The notes under the pieces are model-generated. The model saw only the letters and a list, made by a program, of their open reading frames with translations, did no database searches and was not told the DNA's origin. Positions 1-9,000 of a DNA stretch of 64,000 nucleotides are shown here, one piece after another; within the stretch, counting starts at the first letter, position 1, and each line of letters begins with the position of its first letter. Location: IMG/VR virus record IMGVR_UViG_3300042516_001671, positions 31,468-95,467 of that record; one strand, written 5' to 3'. Origin of the DNA: a virus. The translations under genes and the position numbers were made by a program.

Positions 1-14
1 ACAGGAGAGCAACC

Positions 15-263
15 ATGACCCCCGAAGAAGAGATCCGCCGCGTATTGCACCCGGAAGCGCATGAGCGTTTGAACGATGTCTACAAACCGATGGAGTTCAA
101 CCCTCGACCACAGGCCGCTGAGCCCTGCATCGACCCCGACGAGATCGGCGGCAGGCCGTGGTATCAGGAGCAGCCAGAGCCGTGGTGGCCGTACATCTTG
201 GGTGCAGTTTGCGCCATCCTGGCGCTGGTGCTGGTGTTTGCGCCGGTGGGGGTGCTGAAATGA
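15..263 (+). CDS. Small phage membrane protein, paralog of 51606..51851
   Basis: AGGAG RBS at 3-7; C-terminal hydrophobic helix; shares IRRVLHPEAHE...PQAAEPC...PWWPYILGAV with 51606..51851. Confidence 0.8.
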   Translation: MTPEEEIRRVLHPEAHERLNDVYKPMEFNPRPQAAEPCIDPDEIGGRPWYQEQPEPWWPYILGAVCAILALVLVFAPVGVLK

Positions 264-838
264 TCTACACCACACTCAACAAAATCTTCATCCACAACCC
301 TTGTGCTGACGACTGGTCCAAACTGCTGCGCCACCTTAACAAGGGGCTGCCAGATGATGAGCCTGTCGATTTGCTGACGATCCTTGAGAGCAACGGGCTG
401 GACGATGCGCTCTGGTGTTTATGCGCGGTTGATGACTTTCAACGAGAGATACGTTTATATGCTGTCTGGTGCGCTCGGCAGGTACAAAACTTCATGCCAG
501 ATCAACGTTCGCTAGAAGCCTTGGATGTTGCAGAGCGCCACGCCAACGGGCAGGCGACGGATAAAGACCTAGCAGAAGCGAGACAAGAAGCAAGGTGCGC
601 GGCCATAGATGCAGCGCGACACGGCTACAAGCCGTATCTTCCATCGATAGACGCAGCAAATCATGCCGCTTTTCATGCAACACGAGCTGATGGGTCGATT
701 GCGGCGCGAGGCGCTGCCCGCGATGCTGCGCGTGCTTTGTTTTGGGCCGGCAAAGGCGGGTGGGATGAAATAAGAGAGTCGCAATCTGCCGAGTTCCGGA
801 GGGTGGCTGGTGTTTGCGCCGCTGGGGGTGTGAAATGA
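260..838 (+). CDS. Phage hypothetical protein (Ala-rich, Imm5-like region)
   Basis: ATGA overlap with the upstream gene gives start 260 (MIYTTLNK); motifs ILESNGLDDALW and RLYAVWCARQV...ALDVAERHANG. Confidence 0.7.
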   Translation: MIYTTLNKIFIHNPCADDWSKLLRHLNKGLPDDEPVDLLTILESNGLDDALWCLCAVDDFQREIRLYAVWCARQVQNFMPDQRSLEALDVAERHANGQATDKDLAEARQEARCAAIDAARHGYKPYLPSIDAANHAAFHATRADGSIAARGAARDAARALFWAGKGGWDEIRESQSAEFRRVAGVCAAGGVK

Positions 839-1071
839 CCAGAACACTTGCGGCAAAAGTGATAGCGGGCATACACAGCCAACGCTGGACGCTTAGCGGC
901 TATGGCGGCACTTGGGCCGGAGCCATGCGCCCGCTGGAGGAGTACGTCAAGCGCAAGGTTGAGAAAGCCGTGGCCGCTGAGCGCGAGGCCATCATCCAAG
1001 CCATGCCCGGCGGGCACAGCGTTGACCCGCAGTGGGTGTGCGACATGATCAGAGCAAGGGGGAACAAATGA
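835..1071 (+). CDS. Phage hypothetical protein (AAEREA...IRARG module)
   Basis: ATGA-coupled start at 835; ends in MIRARGNK. Confidence 0.65.
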   Translation: MTRTLAAKVIAGIHSQRWTLSGYGGTWAGAMRPLEEYVKRKVEKAVAAEREAIIQAMPGGHSVDPQWVCDMIRARGNK

Positions 1072-1199
1072 CCATCAACCCCCGAGCCTTCCTCCGCAGG
1101 TGCTTTACCTGCAACAAAGACTACCGCGACCACCCGGGCAGCAGTCTGCGGCGGAAAATTTGGAGATGTGCGGAATGCACGAAGAAAGGGACTCAATGA
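1068..1199 (+). CDS. Small CxxC...CxxC protein (43 aa, below ORF-track cutoff)
   Basis: My translation MTINPRAFLRRCFTCNKDYRDHPGSSLRRKIWRCAECTKKGTQ; ATGA overlaps at both ends. Confidence 0.6.
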   Translation: MTINPRAFLRRCFTCNKDYRDHPGSSLRRKIWRCAECTKKGTQ

Positions 1200-1864
1200 C
1201 GCCTCTCATAACTGAGTTTGTAAGGGTCACCAAGGATGCTGAACGGTGGACTTGGTTTGATGTGGGAAGCATTCCAGAACTTGTGGAGGCATTGCTTGAT
1301 GATGAATTATTTGCTATGCCATATCCACGCACCGCGTTTTGCGGCGTTGATGTGGACGGAAGTAAGTTTTGCGTGGCGCTGATTACTGGTGACAACCATG
1401 TAAGCGTAGCCGGCAGGTATGACACCGGCAAATTCCCCGCAATCATCAAGCCATTTTCTTACATAAACACCGACGAAGGGATACGCATCTACGGAGGAGA
1501 AGGCATGGAGCCTCCTCCTCGGGCGCATTACCTACCAGTCATCGCGCTCGTCAGTCGTTTCGCACAAAGCCTAAACGCTGTGACGCAAACGGCGTATTTG
1601 CCGACGCCCAAAAAGTCCCTTCTGAATGCCGCTCGTGCCGCCAAGGGGAAGCCATTGGCGTTGTTTGATTGGCACACCGTTGAGATTGCGCCCAGAAAAC
1701 CCAAGAGCGAGCCGCAGGGCGGGACCCACGCATCACCAAGATTGCATGACAGGCGCGGTCATTGGCGCATCTGTAAGGGCGGCAAAAAGGCTTGGGTCAA
1801 AGCCTGCAAGGTTGGTGACGCCAGCAAAGGCGTTGTGTTCAAGGACTATGAGGTGAAAGTATGA
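1196..1864 (+). CDS. Conserved phage hypothetical protein
   Basis: Start MTPLITEF by ATGA coupling; C-terminal GGTHASPRLHDRRGHWR...WVK motif common in phage proteins. Confidence 0.75.
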   Translation: MTPLITEFVRVTKDAERWTWFDVGSIPELVEALLDDELFAMPYPRTAFCGVDVDGSKFCVALITGDNHVSVAGRYDTGKFPAIIKPFSYINTDEGIRIYGGEGMEPPPRAHYLPVIALVSRFAQSLNAVTQTAYLPTPKKSLLNAARAAKGKPLALFDWHTVEIAPRKPKSEPQGGTHASPRLHDRRGHWRICKGGKKAWVKACKVGDASKGVVFKDYEVKV

Positions 1865-2175
1865 CCACCATGCAGATTGACCGCGCCGTGGTTGAGCAGG
1901 CGCTGGATGCGTTGGAGAGTTATGCGACGCATAGGCCGCTTCCCGGACGTTGCCCAGTCAGGGACGTTGAATACGCCCTGCGCACCGTGCTGGCAGAGCC
2001 CGAAACCTGCACATGGCAGCAAGACGGCGACAGTGATTCAGGCCTGTATGCCACATCGTGCCGCCACTACTTCAACCTTGAAGACGGCACGCCGGAAGAC
2101 AACAAGCTGGCGTGGTGCTGCTACTGCGGTAAGAAGCTGGCGCAGGAACTGATTACGGAGGACGGCGATGAGTGA
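1861..2175 (+). CDS. Phage hypothetical protein with C-terminal Cys cluster
   Basis: Coupled ORF; TSCRH...WCCYCGKK. Confidence 0.65.
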   Translation: MTTMQIDRAVVEQALDALESYATHRPLPGRCPVRDVEYALRTVLAEPETCTWQQDGDSDSGLYATSCRHYFNLEDGTPEDNKLAWCCYCGKKLAQELITEDGDE

Positions 2176-2569
2176 CTTGAGAGCCGCCGCCCAGCGGGCG
2201 CTGGAGGCGCTGGAGAACTGCTCCAGCGAGTATGGGCACAGGTGCAACCGCTGCGACAGCGAGGTTGACGAAGGAGGCAAGGTTGCTTCCGCCCTCCGCG
2301 CCGCGCTGGCGCAGCAGGATGAGCCCGACCTCTCTCGTTGCCCCCAATGCAACGGCCCCGCCGACAACGGTTTCGACCGCAGCATCCCGCCAAACCCTTA
2401 CCTTTGCACGAAGTGCATGGCCGAGCCGGTGGAGCCGGTGGTGACGCTGACCGCTCAGCGCGATGCGCTGCTGGAGGCGTTGAAGTTTGTGATCCGTGGA
2501 GTGCCCGACACATGGGAAGGCGTGCAGAAAGCTCGCGCCGCAATCAAGATGGTGGAGGGAACCAAATGA
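2168..2569 (+). CDS. Phage hypothetical protein, modular with CxxC motifs
   Basis: MSDLRAAAQRALEAL N-terminus; CNRC, CPQC, CTKC; LLEALK...ARAAI C-terminus. Confidence 0.65.
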   Translation: MSDLRAAAQRALEALENCSSEYGHRCNRCDSEVDEGGKVASALRAALAQQDEPDLSRCPQCNGPADNGFDRSIPPNPYLCTKCMAEPVEPVVTLTAQRDALLEALKFVIRGVPDTWEGVQKARAAIKMVEGTK

Positions 2570-2748
2570 TCGACGCAACAAAGATCCAATGCCTCACGAC
2601 GGCAAACTGGCTGAAAGGCTACGCATCCACACTGGACGCCGATCTACACTCGGCGCTCATCCACAGACTCAACCAAGCATCGCAACTGCTGCAACAGGTG
2701 TGGAATGAGTACGAAAGAGCGCAAGGGGAAACACATGAACCGCGATGA
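2566..2748 (+). CDS. Phage hypothetical protein
   Basis: ATGA-coupled start MIDATKIQ. Confidence 0.55.
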   Translation: MIDATKIQCLTTANWLKGYASTLDADLHSALIHRLNQASQLLQQVWNEYERAQGETHEPR

Positions 2749-3028
2749 CATTCTCCGCATGGCGCGGGAGGCTGGGTTGACCTCTGTTATAGACGCACAC
2801 CACAAAGAGTACGGAAGCGGGGCGTTCGATTTGTCGTTGTACGAAGAGGTAACGCGCTTCTCCGCTTTTGTCGCCGCTGCCGAGCGTGAGGCGTGTGCGA
2901 AGGTGTGTGAGGACATTGAAGAGGCATACCAACGCCAAGAAAGCATACGCTACCCAGCACTGAGAACAGACGCCGAAACAGGGTCTGGGGAATGCGCCGC
3001 CGCCATCCGCGCAAGGGGGATCAAATGA
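2735..3028 (+). CDS. Phage hypothetical protein (MNRDDILRMAREAG...AAEREACAK...AAAIRARG family)
   Basis: Recurrent small phage early-gene module. Confidence 0.7.
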   Translation: MNRDDILRMAREAGLTSVIDAHHKEYGSGAFDLSLYEEVTRFSAFVAAAEREACAKVCEDIEEAYQRQESIRYPALRTDAETGSGECAAAIRARGIK

Positions 3029-3387
3029 GCGACAGGGAAATGCTGGAGTTTGCCGCGAAGGCGGCGGGGCTGCGTGTTGGCTTTGAACCCGATGGAAAAG
3101 AGCGAGGCAGGCATGACCTGTACTGGAGCAACGTCCATCACCAACTCGCATGGCACGGCAAGAGTGCAGGCTCCAAATACCCGAGACCGGTCTTCTGGAA
3201 CCCCCTCGCCGACGACGGCGATGCGCTGCGGTTGGCGGTGCGGCTCAACATCCCGGTGTTCCCTTACGAAGACGAAACCAGCACCGGCACCATCGGTGTT
3301 CGCGCTAAAAACTGGGGGAGCAAGGAGGCAAACACCCGCCGCGCCATCGTCCGCGCTGCGGCAGAGATTGGGAGGAGCATGACATGA
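3025..3387 (+). CDS. Phage hypothetical protein (WNPL..DGDALRLAV...TRRAIVRAAAEIG family)
   Basis: ATGA-coupled start MSDREMLE; recognisable motifs. Confidence 0.7.
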   Translation: MSDREMLEFAAKAAGLRVGFEPDGKERGRHDLYWSNVHHQLAWHGKSAGSKYPRPVFWNPLADDGDALRLAVRLNIPVFPYEDETSTGTIGVRAKNWGSKEANTRRAIVRAAAEIGRSMT

Positions 3388-3632
3388 TAGGCTTCGGCCC
3401 CGTGCCCCTAAAACGCGAAGGCGCAATAGCGGATCCCGACGAATACACCTGGGAATGTAACCTTGACGAGTGCGCCGATTGCCGCAAGCATTACCTTGAG
3501 TGGAAACAGAAGTATCTTGAACAGGAGCGACAGCATGACCCGCGAACAACACCTCAACATCCTCATCCTGATCAGCGCCTTGGAGTCGCTGATGTTGGCG
3601 CACAAAGTGCCGTTTCCGGCGGGGCTGTCTGA
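3384..3632 (+). CDS. Phage hypothetical protein
   Basis: Coupled ORF with ECNLDECADC. Confidence 0.5.
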   Translation: MIGFGPVPLKREGAIADPDEYTWECNLDECADCRKHYLEWKQKYLEQERQHDPRTTPQHPHPDQRLGVADVGAQSAVSGGAV

Positions 3633-3684
3633 AGACCTCGATCTGGTTACAGAGGCGCTCCGGGAGGCAGTGCTGAAAGAATGA
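3535..3684 (+). CDS. Small phage hypothetical protein
   Basis: AGGAG RBS then ATG at 3535 (MTREQHL). Confidence 0.5.
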   Translation: MTREQHLNILILISALESLMLAHKVPFPAGLSEDLDLVTEALREAVLKE

Positions 3685-3730
3685 TTTTTCTCAAAATCTT
3701 GCTGCGGCGCGATTTATTAGAGGAGCATAA

Positions 3731-3964
3731 ATGAATTTAACACCATGGTTTCTTGGAAACACACATCCCATCAGGCCGGGGGTGTATCAGAGAGACTTTG
3801 GCCGTGAACGAAAATATGCCTACTGGGATGGACAGCACTGGCTATGGGGGGCTGCGACTCCAGAAAGGGCTGTTGAAACAGAAGGGTTTTCCGCCGTCCA
3901 GCTTCAGCTTGTCTCTGTTCTCTGGCGTGGACTGATGGAGGAATCAAATGACCCTGCCATATGA
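3731..3964 (+). CDS. Phage hypothetical protein, paralog of 51853..52059
   Basis: GAGGAG RBS; LTPWF...P.R.GVY.R...YW.G..W...WRG shared with 51853..52059. Confidence 0.75.
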   Translation: MNLTPWFLGNTHPIRPGVYQRDFGRERKYAYWDGQHWLWGAATPERAVETEGFSAVQLQLVSVLWRGLMEESNDPAI

Positions 3965-4157
3965 CATTGCCCGCTGCCTCGGCACCAAGAAGGCAGAATG
4001 CGAAGACTGCCTACGCAGGACTTCCCCGCCCGGCCCATGGCAATCATGGATAGCGGCCCGGTATTCCACAACCCCATGCAAATCAAGGATTGCCAGTGAG
4101 GTGCCCGAAATGTCAGAAGGAAGGAAAAAGCCCAGTCTTGGAAAGCCGCCCGCATGA
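3948..4157 (+). CDS. Small Cys-rich phage protein
   Basis: DIARC...CEDCLRR motif. Confidence 0.55.
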   Translation: MTLPYDIARCLGTKKAECEDCLRRTSPPGPWQSWIAARYSTTPCKSRIASEVPEMSEGRKKPSLGKPPA

Positions 4158-4278
4158 TGGGGATGTTTGGAGACGGCGCTACTGCAAGTTCTGTTTCAAC
4201 GTGTTTGTTTCCCGTGAAACAGCAGAGCCTGGGATGAAGATGCCCCCGGAGACTTGGTCAAAAAATAGGAAGAAATGA
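4090..4278 (+). CDS. Zinc-ribbon protein (NrdR N-terminal-like)
   Basis: CPKC...VLESR...RRRYCKFC; start uncertain. Confidence 0.65.
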   Translation: MPVRCPKCQKEGKSPVLESRPHDGDVWRRRYCKFCFNVFVSRETAEPGMKMPPETWSKNRKK

Positions 4279-4532
4279 ACAACAAGCTAAACGCCGCAGA
4301 GAGGGAGCACCTACGCAGGGTCAAGGAGCTACCCTGCGGGGTCTGCGGAGCTTCGGGCCCTTCTGATGCTCATCACATCAAGCAAGGGCTCCAGTACCTC
4401 TGCATCCCCCTATGTAGGGACTGTCATCAAGGGAGTTTCAACGGCATCCATGGACAGGCCAGGATCTGGTCTGTCCTCAAGAAGGATGAGATGACCGTCC
4501 TGAACGATGTCATTGCGCGTCTATCATCTTAA
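4275..4532 (+). CDS. Ref/DUF968-like HNH-related small nuclease
   Basis: CGVCG...DAHHI...IPLCRDCH...GIH. Confidence 0.65.
   Translation: MNNKLNAAEREHLRRVKELPCGVCGASGPSDAHHIKQGLQYLCIPLCRDCHQGSFNGIHGQARIWSVLKKDEMTVLNDVIARLSS
4512..4530 (+). repeat. 19-bp direct repeat, left copy (ATTGCGCGTCTATCATCTT)
   Basis: Identical to 6070..6088. Confidence 0.95.
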
Positions 4533-4533
4533 T

Positions 4534-6093
4534 ATGAAGTTTGGTTCTGTTTGCAGCGGTATTGAAGCCGCCAGCGTGGCATGGCACTTGTTGGGCTGGC
4601 ATGCCTCTTGGTTTAGCGAGATCGAGCCGTTCCCGTCGGCGGTGCTGGCGCATCACTACCCGGGCGCGCCCAACTTGGGGGACATGACGACGCTGCCTGA
4701 TCGCATTCTGTCGGGTGAGGTTGAGGCGCCTGACCTGTTCTGTGGGGGCACGCCGTGTCAGGCGTTCAGTGTGGCCGGCCTGCGCCGGTCGCTGGATGAT
4801 GCCCGGGGCAACCTTTCTCTTATCTTCTGCGAGATCGCCGATGCAATTGACCATGTTCGACTTGCTGGAGGAGAGCCTGCCAGCATCGTCTTCTGGGAGA
4901 ACGTGCCCGGAGTCCTCTCAACCAAGGACAACGCCTTCGGGTGCCTCCTCGCACGTCTATGCGGGGGTGATGAGCCACTGCATGCGCCCGACGGCTGGCC
5001 GGATGCGGGTTGCGTTTCTGGACCCACGAGAACAGCGGCGTGGCGCGTCTTGGATGCCCAATACTTCGGCTTGGCCCAACGACGCCGCCGCGTGTTCGTT
5101 GTCGCGAGTGCTAGAGACGGGTTCGATCCCGCCCAGGTTCTTCTTGAGTTCGAAGGCGTGCGCCGGGATTCTGCGCCGCGCCGAGAAGCGGGGGAAGGAG
5201 TTGCCCGAGGCGCTGCGCCGAGCTTTGGAATCCGTAGCGCGAACACCAGCAGCAACGGATGGGGAATCCAGCGAGAACTGACGCACACACTGGACACGGC
5301 GTCGCCTCAGATCGTGGCGCAAGCCTTTGGTGGCGGGCAGAACTGCGCTCAGACTGATGTGAGTACAACGCTGAGTGCCCATCCTGGTGGGTCAACGCTG
5401 GACTTCCAGACGGAGACGTTTGTCGCTCACACCCTGCGCGGCGAAGGCTTCGACGCCAGCGAGGACGGCACTGGGCGGGGGACGCCGCTGGTGCCGGTGG
5501 CGTTCAGCATCATGCCCATGAACAGCGGCAAGGACTACAAGGCCCGAGAGGTCGATGTGGCGCAACCGCTGATGGCTGCAGGCCCCTTTGGCGGGAATCA
5601 GGGTGGTGATTTCATTGCGCAGCCGGTGGAGCCGGTGCCTATGATCAATATGCAAGGCAGCAAAGGCAATGCAGTCGCGCAAGCTGACGGCCCGAGCTTC
5701 ACGCTCAACGCCATGCACGGCCACGATATGCACGCTGTAGCGGTGCCGGTGGCGATGCGCGAGTCTGGCCAGGGCTACTGGATGCAGGACGATATTGCCG
5801 GAACGATAGATGCCAACATGGGCATGAGCGGACACGCCAATCGGCCTGCCGTCATCAAGCAGCAAGCCATGCAAGTCCGCCGCCTCACGCCCGTTGAGTG
5901 CGAGCGGCTGCAAGGCTTCCCAGACGGCTACACCGCCATCCCCTGGCGCGGCAAGCCCGCCAGCGAGTGCCCTGACGGCCCGCGCTACAAGGCCCTGGGC
6001 AACTCTTGGGCCGTGCCGGTGGTGCGGTGGATTGGAAGACGAATTGATGATCTGTTGAAGCAAAACCTTATTGCGCGTCTATCATCTTCTTGA
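4534..6093 (+). CDS. C5 cytosine DNA methyltransferase with long variable region
   Basis: Motif I FGSVCSGIEA, IV GGTPCQAFS, VI WENVPG, VIII QRRRRVF, IX RRLTPVECERLQGFP, X GNSWAVPV; ATG at 4534. Confidence 0.93.
   Translation: MKFGSVCSGIEAASVAWHLLGWHASWFSEIEPFPSAVLAHHYPGAPNLGDMTTLPDRILSGEVEAPDLFCGGTPCQAFSVAGLRRSLDDARGNLSLIFCEIADAIDHVRLAGGEPASIVFWENVPGVLSTKDNAFGCLLARLCGGDEPLHAPDGWPDAGCVSGPTRTAAWRVLDAQYFGLAQRRRRVFVVASARDGFDPAQVLLEFEGVRRDSAPRREAGEGVARGAAPSFGIRSANTSSNGWGIQRELTHTLDTASPQIVAQAFGGGQNCAQTDVSTTLSAHPGGSTLDFQTETFVAHTLRGEGFDASEDGTGRGTPLVPVAFSIMPMNSGKDYKAREVDVAQPLMAAGPFGGNQGGDFIAQPVEPVPMINMQGSKGNAVAQADGPSFTLNAMHGHDMHAVAVPVAMRESGQGYWMQDDIAGTIDANMGMSGHANRPAVIKQQAMQVRRLTPVECERLQGFPDGYTAIPWRGKPASECPDGPRYKALGNSWAVPVVRWIGRRIDDLLKQNLIARLSSS
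4841..5281 (+). CDS. Nested alternate-frame ORF resembling the M.EcoHK31I beta polypeptide
   Basis: +1 frame inside the MTase; CSLSRVLETGSIPPRFFLSSKACAGILRRAEKRGKELPEALRRAL. Confidence 0.7.
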   Translation: MQLTMFDLLEESLPASSSGRTCPESSQPRTTPSGASSHVYAGVMSHCMRPTAGRMRVAFLDPREQRRGASWMPNTSAWPNDAAACSLSRVLETGSIPPRFFLSSKACAGILRRAEKRGKELPEALRRALESVARTPAATDGESSEN

Positions 6094-9000
6094 TCTCTTG
6101 GATGTTGGAGGCTAGGTTGTTCTCCAACTCCGTGATGTTGGCGATGATGTCCTTCTTTCCCTCTGCATCCATGGTGGAGGCGCGGACAAAGTTCTTCATC
6201 TCCCGGTACTGCTTCATGGACTTTTCCAGATCCAGGACAAAGTCCTTCGTGGCGAGGAGACCCATGTTCTCCTGCATGAACTCTCCCCATTCCTGGGGTT
6301 TCATGTTCCTCTCCAGGAGGTTGGCCGTCCGGACAGCCTCGTCTACAGAGTTCTTCAACTCGTAGTACGCGGTGACTTGTCCTCGCGCCAGAGGATCCAC
6401 AGCAAACCGCCGGATGACGGGCATCTGTTCAAACCGCTTTGCTGCCTTGGGGGCATCGGTATTCATGTCATAGATGGCATCGAACAGATCCATCATGTAT
6501 CCACCGATGGTTCCCGTATAGCCTCTGATCATCTCGTCAATCTTGACCGGAGACAGTTGGAGTGCCGTGGGTAGATCCTTGGTTGCTCCGCCGATCAGTT
6601 CTCCAATCCGGGATGTGCCGGGCGCGATCTGGTAAGCCGGGTTTACATCTTCCAGTCCCTGAGAGACGATAGGCCGTCCGGTGAAGAACGAGTAGTTCGT
6701 CACGGATTCAATGAGAGGAAGGGCTGTCTGGGGGATCGGGTTAAACGACAAGGTGCTGGTCAACTGCCTTGTCATGGACTTCAGGAAGTCCTTCCCGGTG
6801 TCGTCCCCAAAGCTGTACTCCAGGATCCGCTCAGGGATCACCTTGAACAGGACGCCGATTTCAAAGGGGATAGGGATCTTGACATCACCCAAGATCCAGT
6901 AGTTGTCCCGCGTTTCCTGCTCTTGTCTCTTCCACTCATCATCTTCGGAGGCAAGCATCCAGTACATCGTGGACAGGGCTGCAATGGTCATGCCCCGGAT
7001 GAAGAAGCTCTTCTGGATCTCCTTGGCGTTTGCTTCCGTGCCCCTCCCAAATGCCGCCCGGTACAGAACATCAAGGCCCTGCATCCGCGCATTCAAGAAC
7101 GGCACTGCTGCGGTCAGAACCCGAACCATGGGGTTGTTGCCCTTCCGGTTGAAGTTCATCACCTCCACCGCCCGGAACAGAGCTTCCGCCTCATTGCCCG
7201 TCTCAGCAAGGGTCTTCTTGTAGACCTCCATACGAGTTGCTGCGTCAGAGGCCGTCGTTCCCTTTTCAAGGGCATCCCAAAGAGAGACAAAGGGGCGGGC
7301 CAACTGCTCTGCTGGCGTATAAACACCCGCTTCCTTGCGAAGGGCCCGGTCAAACCTTTGTGCGCTGATCTCTACCCCTTGGGAGTAGTCATAGCCACCG
7401 ATCACCCCAGAGTTGAGAAGTGCCGCGTATTCGGGGTTCTGCCCTCTTAGGGCCTTGGTGAAGTTTGTCAGGGTATCCACCATGGGTGTCATCTTGACCC
7501 CGGAAGACACCCAGGCAGACATCGAGTCCCGCATCATGTTGGCAAGCATGAAGGCAGGATCCTTTGTGACCAAGTTCCGCAGCAGGTTTGCCGGCCCGGC
7601 CAGCAGGCCGATGAACGGCAGATCCCCCAGGTTCAGACTCTTCATGGCTTCCACGAAGAGAGGATCCTTGGTGGCGTAATATGAAGTTAGTCCATTTTCC
7701 AGAACTTTAATCACATTTGGAGCAGAAGAGGCATAGTTCAGCCTATTGGCTTGTCCAATAAGCACAGCAGTGTTTACAGCCCTCTGTGCTGCGACGTTTT
7801 TCATCCCCGCTTCAATGGAATATTGGACGTTCCGAACCACGGTCTCCAGGAATTCTCCAATCTTTAATTCTGACTCTTTAAGTTTCTTCGGTGCGCGGAC
7901 CCCTGACAAGGATGCAAAGATCTGGGGCCCGACAGTCTCCTCCCCTTCTACCTGCCGATAGAAGGGGATGTAGTCCGAATACTTGACAAACTCCTTGGCC
8001 GCTTCTTCAGAGAGAACCCCGGTGTCCTTCAGATATTTAACCAGACCATTGTTGAACTTGATCCATTCATCATGGATGTCTTTGAACTCAGGATGATCCT
8101 TGAGGATCTGCGCGGCAGTAGCACGATCTGCCGGCGTGATGATCCCGGTTTCTCTACCCTGTCCGTACAAACGGATGCCCCTGTTTATAGCGGCCCAGGT
8201 CTGGTACTTCTGGTAGATGAACGGATCGTTGTACTTCGCCAGCGGGGCGAAGATGGCAATCGGCCCCTTGACCGTGTTGTTGTTGTTGACGATCTTGGTG
8301 TGACCGTTTACATACACAGGGATGCCGCCAACACCGTCATGCACCCCCATGGCCCCGGCCAGAACACCGGCACTCAGATCAGACATGAGCGCAGCGCCAT
8401 GAGAACTTGCATCTGCAAGCAGAGGAGCGCCGCCCATCAGGCGGACAAGCTCTTTGTCGTACTCGCTCAGACGGTTGTACCGATCCAGGAAAGCCGCCCG
8501 GAAGGACGATGCAGACTTCGGGGCAATGGCCTCGGTAATCCGCTTGATGAAGGACTTCTCTTCCCGTGGGGTGGTGATCTGATCAACCCGGGCACGGGTG
8601 ACAGGATCTGTCGTATCACGCAGGCTTGCCTTGATGCTCGGATCTACAGGATCAAACTTTCCAACGTTGCCGATGGCAGATTTGATCTGGGTAGGATTGA
8701 AAGCAACAATCTCCGTCAGCTTTCCATCCCGGTACTGCATGAGACCGTCATAGCCCTGAGAAAGGGCTCGGTTCATCACTTGTTTTCCGATGTAGCCCTT
8801 CTCTTCATAAGCCTTCTCCACCATGGCCTCGGCCTTGTCCTGCTTCATGCCAAGCTGGACAAGAGCCATGATCATCGGGTCTTCGTTGCCTTTGTGTTTC
8901 AACAGCAAAGGTTTTTGCAGAGACACATACAGCGGCATTACATTGGGCGACTCGCCCTCTGCGTAATACGAAGCAAAACTTGCGCTTGGGGTCGTGTAAA

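Noticed and set aside
4275-6093. Restriction-modification pair (HNH-like gene + MTase)
   Set aside because: The 85-aa Ref/DUF968-like gene is a common standalone phage gene and lies outside the repeat-bounded MTase cassette.
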